Source: an uncultured Tenacibaculum sp. (GTDB taxonomy: Bacteria; Bacteroidota; Bacteroidia; Flavobacteriales; Flavobacteriaceae). From it: 64,000 nt of DNA. Shown here piece after piece: positions 18,813-27,988 of the stretch. The stretch lies in the NCBI RefSeq assembly GCF_947494125.1, contig NZ_CANLTU010000014.1:2177-66176 (forward strand), in the 5' to 3' direction. Each line of letters begins with the position of its first letter. Positions within the stretch are counted from its first letter, which is position 1. Below the pieces are notes generated by a model. The model was not told where the DNA came from. It did not search any database and saw only the letters and a program-made list of their open reading frames with translations. The position numbers and the translations under genes are program-made.

Positions 18813-21800
18813 TTAATTCCTATTTTCTGTATAAAACTCGTAAGCTATTACAGTTTGATTGTAATTATTTATTAGTGATAAATAATTTTGCATTACCTGA
18901 AAATATGCATTAAAACTTTGATTATATTGATATGCATCTATCTCTCCAGATTTATATGCTAATTCCAACTTTTTAATAAATTTTTCCGCTTGTTTTTTCG
19001 TTTTATCTATACTTAACAGTTCGCTTTTTAAATACTTAATTTGATTTTGTAAGCTTTTAAAATTATTTTGAATTGCTATTCTTTTAGATTCATTTTCAAA
19101 TGCTACTTCTTCTTTAATTATCTTTTGTTGCTTAATTTTAGCATTATTTGACCAAAAAGATAATGGAATATTTAAACCTATATTAAATCCTGTATAGTCA
19201 TTATTACCTCCTGTTTTTCTATTAATAATTCCTGCTTTTAATTCTGGAAAATAAGTTGATTTTATTGCTAGCACACTTCTTTCTGCAACTATATTACTTT
19301 TTTCTAAGGCCTTTAAAAAGGTTTCTGAAAGTGTATCTTTGATTATTAAAACTTCCTTTTTATTTGGAAATTTACTCACTGGAATTATAGCTTCCTTTAA
19401 TTGCAATAATTCTTTTAACTCATTTTCCACTTTAAGGAAATCTTTATATACTTTACTTTTTTGAGATTGAACTCCTAAAGATTGTATGGCAGTTAAATCA
19501 TTTTCTAAACCTCCAATTTCTCCTGATTTATATAGCTTTTCTGCTATATTCTTTATCTGGCTCGTATTTTCTTGCTGTTCTTCCATTAAAGAGATCAATC
19601 CAAATAAATAATTCCACTGTTGGTATAGCTTCTTTACTTTCCTTTGAGTTTCTTTTTTTGAAATATCTCTTAAAGAATTTGCTAAAACTACTTTAGATTT
19701 TGCTAACTTTTTTCTCTGTATGTGAGATAGTATTGATCCAAAATTTTGATTTATAGCCCATTCTTTTTCTGATAATCCAGGTGCAACTCCTACATCTTGA
19801 TATTGTACCGATGTTGGTTTTATAATAATAGCTCCTGAAACTAAAGTTTCTTTTTTCTCTATATTTAAAGCTGCCTTTTTTAATAAAACATCTTTCTTTA
19901 AAGCTAAATTTATTACTTCTTTCTCTGATAATTTCCTCGGCATTTCTTGCGCTTGTGCTACTGAAATACTAAAAAGAAAAACAAGAACTGTAATACTTTT
20001 TGAAAGAATTTCTTTCTTTGTTTTAACAGTTTCAAACAGCATATATAATACTGGTAAAATTAATAATGTTAATAAAGTTGCAGATATTAAACCTCCTATA
20101 ACCACTGTAGCCAAAGGCTTTTGAACTTCTGCTCCTGCCGATGATGAAATTGCCATTGGTAAAAAACCTAAAGATGCTACGGCTGCTGTCATAATTACTG
20201 GTCTTAAACGAATTGATGTTCCTTTTTTAACTATTTCTTTTAAATTAGTTATGCCTTCTTTTTTTAAACGATTAAACTCGGCAATCAATACAATACCATT
20301 TAATACAGCTACACCAAATAAGGCTATAAACCCAATTCCTGCTGATATTGAAAATGGCATATCTCGTAACCACAACGCAAATATTCCTCCTATTGCTGAC
20401 ATTGGAATTGCTGTAAAAATTAAAATACTTTGCTTTATTGATTTAAACGTTATGTATAATAATAGAAATATTAATAATAAAGCTACTGGTACTGCTATTC
20501 CAAGACGAGCGCGGGCTTCTTCTAAATTTTTAAACGTTCCTCCGTATGTAATATAGTACCCTGGATCAAATTGGATTTCATTATTTACTTTCTGCTTTAA
20601 TTCAGCAACAATACTGGCAACATCACGTCCACGTACATTAAACCCTACAGTAATTCTACGTTTAGCATCATCACGTTGTATTTGATTTGGTCCTGTTTTA
20701 AAATCAACATTGGCTACATTTGCTAGCGGTATTTGAGCTCCGTTTGGCGTTGTTATATATAGTTTACGGATATCTTCTATATTAGCTCTATTCTTTTTTG
20801 CTAAGCGAACTACTAAATCAAAACGCTTTTCACCTTCATAAACAGAACCTGCATTTTGACCTGCAAATGCTGCATTTATAGCTGTATTTACATCAGATAT
20901 ATTTAATCCATAATACGCTAATTGGCTTCTATTATAATCTATTACAATTTGCTTAAGCCCTGTCATTTTCTCTACATACAAATCTTCTGCTCCTTCAACT
21001 TTTGGAATAATCTTACTCAGTTCATTTCCATATTTTACTAATTTATCTAAATCTTCTCCATAAATTTTTAAAACTACATCTTGCCTTGCTCCTGTCATTA
21101 ACTCATTAAAACGCATTTGAATAGGTTGTTGAAATCCAAATGAAACCCCCAACATATTGTCTTCTAATATTTTTTGCATTTTAGTAGTCAACTCATTTTT
21201 AGTTTCTGCTTTTGTCCACTTATCCTTATCTTTTAAAATAATTATAATATCTGAAGCTTCAATTGGCATTGGATCTGTAGGTATTTCTGAGGAACCTATT
21301 CTACTTACTATTTGCTCTATTTCATCTGGAAATTCTTTCAGTAATAATTCTGATGATTTATTAGAAACTTCTACTGTATAGGATAATGAACTCCCTGTAG
21401 AAACAATGGTTTGTACTGCTAAATCTCCTTCATCTAATGATGGTATAAATTCTGATCCCATTTTTGAAAAAGTAAACAGACTCAATCCAAAAATTAATAT
21501 GGCTCCAACAACAACTTTCTTTTGATTACCAAGTACAAATTCTAACAAAGGTGTATACCCTCTTTGTATTGTTTCAATAATTTTATCGGAAATATTCTTC
21601 TTATTGTTAATGGTCTTTTTAAGAAACAATGCACTCATCATAGGTACGTAGCTTAACGACAAAAGGAAAGCTCCTAAAATTGCAAAACTTACTGTCATAG
21701 CCATAGGTTTAAACATTTTTCCTTCTATACCTACTAATGCTAAAATTGGTAAATACACAATTAGAATAATGATTTCTCCAAAAGCTGCACTGGTTCTAAT

Positions 21801-23132
21801 TTTTGATGCAGAATTATATACTTCTTCATCCATTTCTTCTTGTGAAAGCTTTACTCCTGACTTTTTCAATCCTAAATAATGCAAAGTAGCTTCTACAATT
21901 ATTACAGAGCCATCTACAATAATTCCAAAATCTATAGCTCCTAAACTCATTAGGTTACCAGAAACGCCAAAAACGTTCATTAAGCTTATAGCAAATAGCA
22001 TTGCTAATGGAATTACTGATGCTACAATTAACCCCGCTCTTAAATTTCCTAATAGTAATACTAGTATAAAAATTACAATTAATGCTCCTTCTACAAGATT
22101 TGTTGCTACTGTTTTAATAGCTTTATCTACTAATTTTGTTCTATCTAAAAATGGCCTTATTGCGACACCTTCTGGTAAGCTTTTTTCTATTTGAACTATT
22201 CGTTCTTTTACATCTTTAATTACCTTTGATGAATTTGCTCCTTTTAGCATCATTACAATTCCTCCAACTACTTCTCCATCGGCATTTCTTGTCATTGCTC
22301 CATAACGAACTGCATGTCCTAATTGTACTTTTCCTATGTCTTTAATTAAAATAGGTGTGCCATTTTCAGTATTTTTTACTACTATATTTCTTATATCCTC
22401 AGGTGTTTTTATTAACCCTTGACTTCGAATAAAATAGGCTTTAGGATTTTTATCTATGTAGGCTCCTCCAGTATTTTGGTTGTTATTTTCTAAAGCTTTA
22501 AAAACTTCATTAATACTTACATTTAATGATTGCAACCTCTCTGGTTGGATGGCTACTTCATATTGTTTTAAAAAACCTCCAAAGCTACTTACATCTGCTA
22601 CTCCTTCTATTCCTAGTAGTTGTCGACGAACTATCCAATCTTGAATGGAACGTAATTCCATTATTGGGTACAGCTTTTCAAATCCATTTTTAGCATATAA
22701 AGTATATTGATATATTTCTCCTAATCCAGTTGTTACCGGCGCCATTTCTGGAGTTCCTACTCCTTCTGGTACTTGATTCTTTGCTTCAACTAAGCGTTCA
22801 CTTATTTGTTGACGTGCCCAATAAATATCTACTTTATCTTTAAAAACGACTGTTACTACACTTAAACCAAATCGAGAAAAAGATCGTATTTCTTCTATAT
22901 TTGGAATACTCGACATTGTCATTTCTATTGGAAAAGTAACTAAGCGCTCAATGTCTTGGGCTGACTGTGATGGTGCTGATGTTATTATTTGCACCTGATT
23001 GTTGGTTATATCCGGTACTGCATCAATTGGTAATTGTTTTAAGGAATATAATCCCCATCCAATTAATGCGAATACCAAAGCTCCAATAATCAATTTATTT
23101 TTAATTGAAAATTTTATGATATTATCTAACAT
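18813..23132 (-). CDS. czcA: CzcA/CusA heavy-metal RND transporter fused to a C-terminal TolC/CzcC-like outer membrane factor
   Basis: DAVPDITNNQVQ, GAIDFGIIVDGSVIIVE and RLRPVIMTA motifs in the first ~1040 aa; ~380 aa helical OMF-like C-terminal domain. Confidence 0.93.
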   Translation of the reverse strand: MLDNIIKFSIKNKLIIGALVFALIGWGLYSLKQLPIDAVPDITNNQVQIITSAPSQSAQDIERLVTFPIEMTMSSIPNIEEIRSFSRFGLSVVTVVFKDKVDIYWARQQISERLVEAKNQVPEGVGTPEMAPVTTGLGEIYQYTLYAKNGFEKLYPIMELRSIQDWIVRRQLLGIEGVADVSSFGGFLKQYEVAIQPERLQSLNVSINEVFKALENNNQNTGGAYIDKNPKAYFIRSQGLIKTPEDIRNIVVKNTENGTPILIKDIGKVQLGHAVRYGAMTRNADGEVVGGIVMMLKGANSSKVIKDVKERIVQIEKSLPEGVAIRPFLDRTKLVDKAIKTVATNLVEGALIVIFILVLLLGNLRAGLIVASVIPLAMLFAISLMNVFGVSGNLMSLGAIDFGIIVDGSVIIVEATLHYLGLKKSGVKLSQEEMDEEVYNSASKIRTSAAFGEIIILIVYLPILALVGIEGKMFKPMAMTVSFAILGAFLLSLSYVPMMSALFLKKTINNKKNISDKIIETIQRGYTPLLEFVLGNQKKVVVGAILIFGLSLFTFSKMGSEFIPSLDEGDLAVQTIVSTGSSLSYTVEVSNKSSELLLKEFPDEIEQIVSRIGSSEIPTDPMPIEASDIIIILKDKDKWTKAETKNELTTKMQKILEDNMLGVSFGFQQPIQMRFNELMTGARQDVVLKIYGEDLDKLVKYGNELSKIIPKVEGAEDLYVEKMTGLKQIVIDYNRSQLAYYGLNISDVNTAINAAFAGQNAGSVYEGEKRFDLVVRLAKKNRANIEDIRKLYITTPNGAQIPLANVANVDFKTGPNQIQRDDAKRRITVGFNVRGRDVASIVAELKQKVNNEIQFDPGYYITYGGTFKNLEEARARLGIAVPVALLLIFLLLYITFKSIKQSILIFTAIPMSAIGGIFALWLRDMPFSISAGIGFIALFGVAVLNGIVLIAEFNRLKKEGITNLKEIVKKGTSIRLRPVIMTAAVASLGFLPMAISSSAGAEVQKPLATVVIGGLISATLLTLLILPVLYMLFETVKTKKEILSKSITVLVFLFSISVAQAQEMPRKLSEKEVINLALKKDVLLKKAALNIEKKETLVSGAIIIKPTSVQYQDVGVAPGLSEKEWAINQNFGSILSHIQRKKLAKSKVVLANSLRDISKKETQRKVKKLYQQWNYLFGLISLMEEQQENTSQIKNIAEKLYKSGEIGGLENDLTAIQSLGVQSQKSKVYKDFLKVENELKELLQLKEAIIPVSKFPNKKEVLIIKDTLSETFLKALEKSNIVAERSVLAIKSTYFPELKAGIINRKTGGNNDYTGFNIGLNIPLSFWSNNAKIKQQKIIKEEVAFENESKRIAIQNNFKSLQNQIKYLKSELLSIDKTKKQAEKFIKKLELAYKSGEIDAYQYNQSFNAYFQVMQNYLSLINNYNQTVIAYEFYTENRN

Positions 23133-23142
23133 TTTTCATGTA

Positions 23143-23262
23143 TTTAATTCTATTTTAATATGATATATCCCGAATTAACTTTGAAAGTTATCGGTATAAC
23201 AACATGTAATTCTTGTGTAGACAAGAATTATAAACTGTTAAAATTTAAAATGTAGAATTAAA
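23143..23262 (-). promoter_or_regulatory. Predicted multi-stem RNA structure sequestering the czcA translation-initiation region
   Basis: 23253-23262 is complementary to 23143-23152, and 23245-23250 to 23153-23158. The enclosed hairpins are 23207-23230 (10 bp) and 23170-23194. Confidence 0.6.
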
Positions 23263-23599
23263 CCCGTGGAGGCTGAAAAAGTTCATCTAAAAAGTTAGAT
23301 GCATTTAAATGTTTACGAAAAAGTATTTTCTTTTTTACTTGTAATGGTTTTACAAATAAATAATTAAATTCTTTTGTAATAATAGCATTAGATATACCAA
23401 GAGAAATACAGTGATGATGATGCTCTTTACTTTTCTCTTCTTCTGTATCATTTTCATGATGAGAATCATGATGTGTACTATCTATTACATCAATATGTGC
23501 CTCAGTTAAATCGTCTTCAAAAATAATAGCATCCGCATGTGCTTGTACTGGTGGTACAAACAATAAAAGCGTTAATATTATGATACTAATATTTTTCAA
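23258..23599 (-). CDS. Small His-rich leader ORF (DUF6660/DUF2946-like) ending LFQPPRV; candidate arrest peptide
   Basis: 113 aa, TTG start, signal peptide (AHA|D), HHDSHH...HHHHC cluster, C-terminal QPP; -7 element TAGCTTTG at 23629-23622. Confidence 0.75.
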   Translation of the reverse strand: MKNISIIILTLLLFVPPVQAHADAIIFEDDLTEAHIDVIDSTHHDSHHENDTEEEKSKEHHHHCISLGISNAIITKEFNYLFVKPLQVKKKILFRKHLNASNFLDELFQPPRV

Positions 23600-23696
23600 A
23601 TCAATCTTATAAGATTATATGCAAAGCTATTAAAAAAAAATAATATTTTCTTTTTTTAACTGCTTTTAATAAATTGAAATACGTCTATATATAGAA

Positions 23697-23725
23697 CAAC
23701 CTGTATTAAAAAATAATACAGGCTG
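23697..23725 (-). terminator. Probable terminator of the TonB receptor gene
   Basis: cctgtatta/taatacagg stem 25 nt past the stop codon, with a weak U-tract. Confidence 0.55.
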
Positions 23726-23750
23726 CTGTAATAATTATAAATTACTCTTT

Positions 23751-26141
23751 TTAATTTCTATTACTTCTTTTTGCATTTCTATTTTTATCAGATGGTTTTT
23801 GGTTAAACTTATATACAAAACTCAATGAAAATCTTTGTGCATTTCTACTTCTATCTTGATAGATTGAAAAATTATCGCCTGTAATTTGTTCTCTTGACCT
23901 TCTTGTATCAAGTACATTGTAAATATTAAAGATTAAACTTCCTTTATTATTGAACAAACTTTTTTGTAATCCAAAATTTAAATTGGTTATAGGTTTTGTC
24001 TTTGTTTGTGCATTACTTTCTTCTCCTTGATGAAAAATTCTTGTTTGAAGCCGTATGGTTTTAGTTGGTCTAATATTCATTGTGAAATTTGTAAACCAAG
24101 TATTGTTTGAAAAATCTGCAACTTTATTATTAAGTATTCCTTTTTGTTTAAAAGCGTACATATTAAAATCTCCCGAAAACCTTAACCATTTTAATGGATT
24201 GTATGACGCAGATAACTCAGCTCCATATCGCTTTTCATTATCTAAGTTTATAGGTGATTGAATAAAAATGCCTTCATTATTTTGTTTTGTTTCATATTGA
24301 AATACATCATTGGTACCTGAATAATAAATAGAAGGATTTAATCTAAATTTATTTCCTCTGTAAATAAGAGATAATTCAATAGCATCTGTATATGATGGAT
24401 TTAATGCTGGATTTCCTGTAAATCTAGATGTAAAATCTTTTAATTGAAAAAAAGGATTTAATTGCCATAATGATGGTCGACTAATACGTTTACTATAATT
24501 TATTTGTCCACTAAAGTTTTCTTTAAACTCATATCCTAATGTAGCTGATGGAAATAAATTTGTATAATTATTTTTTAAGTTTAATGTTGTTTCTGATGCT
24601 TGTATATCAATACTTGTATTTTCTAATCTTAATCCTACTTGGTAACTAATTTTTCCCTTTTTAGAATTTAATTGTGCATAACCCGACATTATTTTTTCTT
24701 TATAATTTAATTGATTATTTATATTATCAATTACCTCAAACTGTCCATTAATTAATTCTTCAGCTAAGAATTCATTTGTTATTTTTCTATTTTCAAACTT
24801 TGCTCCTATTTCAAAATTAGATTGTTTATTTATTGGTGTTTTAAAATCTGTTTGAATTACAATATCATCTGTACTTCCCTTTCCTTTTGTTTGAATGGTT
24901 GTTTGAGCAATAGATGTTGTAGGAAATTTTTCATCCGTTTGTAAATGCCAATCTTTTTCACTGTTCCAAAAATCATATTGAAAATCTATTGTTAATTTCT
25001 GACCTTTTTTAGCAAATGTTTTCGTGTAATTTGCTTCTAATTGGTTATAATCTCTTTCTTCTTTAGAATTACCTATAGTTTGTAACGATTGTGATAAAAC
25101 TCCTGAGTTAGAAAAATCATAAAATAAATTTGTTACATCTGTATCTTCTGTTTCATTTCTATAATAAGCTACTGTAATTGTATTTTTATCATTTATATAA
25201 TAATCTGTACCAAAATAAAATAGTTGTCCATCATCATGTCTATCTTCATCTTCTCTTTGATTTAAAAAAGTTGTGATATTATTTTCTGTAGTTGTTTGTT
25301 GTTTAAAATATTCTCCTTCATAATCTGTATATCTAATTCCTATGTTGGTGAAAAAATTAAATTTATTTGCTTTATAATTTAAATTTCCAATAGCTCTAAA
25401 ATCATCTGGAACACCTGATACTAAACGTACTTGACCATTTAACCCTGTTTTTCTATTCTTTTTAAGTATTATGTTAATAATACCTGCTGAACCTGAAGCA
25501 TCATATTTTGCTGATGGATTTGTAATAACCTCTATACTTTCAATAACATCTGCGGATAATTGTTCTAATGCTTGCGATTGTGTTAATGCTGAACGTCTTC
25601 CGTTTATCATTACTTGTACATTAGCGTTTCCACGTAAACTTACCGTTCCTGTAGGGCTGACATTTACTGATGGCACATTACTTAATACATCTGTTGCTGA
25701 ACCACTTTGTGAAGTAATATCTTTACCAACTCTGAACACTTTCTTTCCCAATTTTAAAGAGACTTCTGATGTTTCTGCCTTTACCACTATTTCATCAAGT
25801 GTTTTTGTATTCTCTTTTAATATTATGCTACCTAAACTTACAATTCTTTGTTCTTTAGTTATTTTAATTTTTCTTTCAATGGTTTCAAAACCTATATATT
25901 GAATTTCTAAGTTATAATCTCCTATAAGTATCTTAGAAAAAGTAAATAATCCTTCTTCATCGGTAACAACACCTTCTAAAATTTGTTTAGAAGCGTCTTT
26001 TAAAACAACTGTTGCATACGGTAATGTTTCTTTTGAACTATCTACAATTTTACCTGAAATTTTTCCATTACTAGATTGTTTCTGTGCCAATACTGAAATA
26101 CTAAAAAGCAAACAGATTAATAGGTTTATAAATGTTTTCAT
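23751..26141 (-). CDS. TonB-dependent receptor / outer-membrane beta-barrel protein with N-terminal CarboxypepD_reg-like domain
   Basis: GKISGKIVD...LPYATV, plug motif IESIEVITNPSAKYDASGSAGIINIILKK and barrel strands. Confidence 0.88.
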   Translation of the reverse strand: MKTFINLLICLLFSISVLAQKQSSNGKISGKIVDSSKETLPYATVVLKDASKQILEGVVTDEEGLFTFSKILIGDYNLEIQYIGFETIERKIKITKEQRIVSLGSIILKENTKTLDEIVVKAETSEVSLKLGKKVFRVGKDITSQSGSATDVLSNVPSVNVSPTGTVSLRGNANVQVMINGRRSALTQSQALEQLSADVIESIEVITNPSAKYDASGSAGIINIILKKNRKTGLNGQVRLVSGVPDDFRAIGNLNYKANKFNFFTNIGIRYTDYEGEYFKQQTTTENNITTFLNQREDEDRHDDGQLFYFGTDYYINDKNTITVAYYRNETEDTDVTNLFYDFSNSGVLSQSLQTIGNSKEERDYNQLEANYTKTFAKKGQKLTIDFQYDFWNSEKDWHLQTDEKFPTTSIAQTTIQTKGKGSTDDIVIQTDFKTPINKQSNFEIGAKFENRKITNEFLAEELINGQFEVIDNINNQLNYKEKIMSGYAQLNSKKGKISYQVGLRLENTSIDIQASETTLNLKNNYTNLFPSATLGYEFKENFSGQINYSKRISRPSLWQLNPFFQLKDFTSRFTGNPALNPSYTDAIELSLIYRGNKFRLNPSIYYSGTNDVFQYETKQNNEGIFIQSPINLDNEKRYGAELSASYNPLKWLRFSGDFNMYAFKQKGILNNKVADFSNNTWFTNFTMNIRPTKTIRLQTRIFHQGEESNAQTKTKPITNLNFGLQKSLFNNKGSLIFNIYNVLDTRRSREQITGDNFSIYQDRSRNAQRFSLSFVYKFNQKPSDKNRNAKRSNRN

Positions 26142-26204
26142 ATTTTTTGAGTTTTAATTTTCATCAAAAATCAACACAAAATCGTATTCTTATATTTAAA
26201 ATTA

Positions 26205-26239
26205 TGTAAACTGCTCTAACCATTTGTAAACTGCTCTAA
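26205..26239. promoter_or_regulatory. 15-bp perfect direct repeat (TGTAAACTGCTCTAA x2, 20-bp period); putative LytTR binding site
   Basis: Copies at 26205-26219 and 26225-26239, between the divergent TonB receptor and LytS/LytTR genes. Confidence 0.7.
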
Positions 26240-26284
26240 AAACACTTTTATTTCATTTACTTTTACCATAATAAAATAGTATTC

Positions 26285-27985
26285 ATGAATAAAATACTTT
26301 ACATATCTTTTATACTACTACTTGTTTCATGTAAAAATGAAATAAAACGAGACAAGGCTTTTCTTAAAATTCACGAAAATAGCTCCAAAACATTGTACAA
26401 AACTGGAGACAACTCTTCTTGGGCTTTAAAGGATTTTAATGATAGTAATTGGAGTATAAAGAAGACTATTCCTGAAGGAGATAGTATTTTTTGGGCTAGA
26501 AAAATACTTAAAACAGTTAAAGCTCCAGATTCATTACAAAAAACGGGTTTAAACATACATACTTTTGGAGCTTATGAAGTATTTTGGGATGGTGTCTTAA
26601 TAGGACGAAATGGACAGCCTGGAAATGAATTTAACAATAAAAAAACAGGTGGAACAACGGAAACCTTTCTAATCCCAAATAACTTACTTAATGCTGGAAA
26701 TCATACTATTGCCTTAAGAATGTCTCAATTATATGAAAAGGAATCACCACGTGGAATTTACATATCTGTATATAATTATAAAGAACTAATTACTAATAAA
26801 TTAAAAGATACCATCTACATAAATATTTTAGCGGGAGCTTTTTTACTTGCAACTATTTACTATTTCTTTTTATATATAAATGATAGAAAACAATATACAA
26901 TGTTGTTATTTAGTTTGTCTAGTTTTTTATTTTTCCTCTTAATTATTTTAGAGTATATAAAATTTTACATCCCTATTCATTATTCTGATTTTATCTTACG
27001 TTTAAAGGCTATTGGTATATTAACTTTACTCATATCGTTTTTAGTTCCCTATTATTTCGCTGTACAGTTTTCTTTTGTTTATCGTAAATGGTTTTTCTTA
27101 GCTTATGCCATATTCCAAATTTGGATCTATAATTTTTATTCACATTCATTCGATTATACAGCCTTATATTTAGCCCAAATGATGTGGTTATCTTCTACTT
27201 TAATTATATGCTATGCTATATACAAAAAACAAAAAGCTGCTATAGTGGTACTAATTGGACTATTACTCAGTTTTACTGTATATAAAATCTCCATTTACGA
27301 CGTTAGTTTGTTTGTAAGTTTTGGTATTATTTCTTTGTGTATGTTCTACTTATTATCTGTAAAATTAAAAGAGCAAAGATTAGCTTTTGAGCATTCTATA
27401 GCTGAATCTACAAGATTAAAATATGAGTTATTAAAAAAGAAAATACAACCTCATTTTTTAATGAACACCTTAACTTCTTTGATTGATTGGGTTGAAGAAG
27501 CTCCAGATAAAGGAGTAGAATTTATTGAAGCTTTAGCTGATGAGTTTGATTTATTAAATCAAGTAGAAAATGAAACATTAATTCCTATCTCTCAAGAAAT
27601 AAAACTTTGTAAGAGTCACTTAAACATTATGAAATACAGAAAGGAGATTGATTACGTTTGGGAAGATGAAGGTGTTTTAAATGATGATTCTCAGAAGATT
27701 CCGCCAGCAGTTATTCATACTCTATTAGAAAATAGTATTACACATTGTTTGCCTCTTAAAAATAACTCAATACGTTTTAAATTAGTTGTAAAAACCAATG
27801 AACAACAACAAAGCTACACCTTTATTACTTTTGCTAAAGTTAGGAATTTACAAAAAGAAAGAGCTGACGGAACTGGTTTTAAATATATAAAAGCTCGATT
27901 AACCGAAAGTTATAAAAACCGTTGGCATTTTAGTTCAGAATCGACAAAAGATGGATGGAAGAATGTAATTACAATTTTAAATTAG
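26285..27985 (+). CDS. LytS/YehU-family sensor histidine kinase with periplasmic jelly-roll domain and multiple TM helices
   Basis: IQPHFLMNTL H-box, EIKLCKSHLNIMKYR and LLENSITH motifs; multiple TM segments; N-terminal LVSC lipobox-like signal. Confidence 0.88.
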   Translation: MNKILYISFILLLVSCKNEIKRDKAFLKIHENSSKTLYKTGDNSSWALKDFNDSNWSIKKTIPEGDSIFWARKILKTVKAPDSLQKTGLNIHTFGAYEVFWDGVLIGRNGQPGNEFNNKKTGGTTETFLIPNNLLNAGNHTIALRMSQLYEKESPRGIYISVYNYKELITNKLKDTIYINILAGAFLLATIYYFFLYINDRKQYTMLLFSLSSFLFFLLIILEYIKFYIPIHYSDFILRLKAIGILTLLISFLVPYYFAVQFSFVYRKWFFLAYAIFQIWIYNFYSHSFDYTALYLAQMMWLSSTLIICYAIYKKQKAAIVVLIGLLLSFTVYKISIYDVSLFVSFGIISLCMFYLLSVKLKEQRLAFEHSIAESTRLKYELLKKKIQPHFLMNTLTSLIDWVEEAPDKGVEFIEALADEFDLLNQVENETLIPISQEIKLCKSHLNIMKYRKEIDYVWEDEGVLNDDSQKIPPAVIHTLLENSITHCLPLKNNSIRFKLVVKTNEQQQSYTFITFAKVRNLQKERADGTGFKYIKARLTESYKNRWHFSSESTKDGWKNVITILN

Positions 27986-27988
27986 CCT

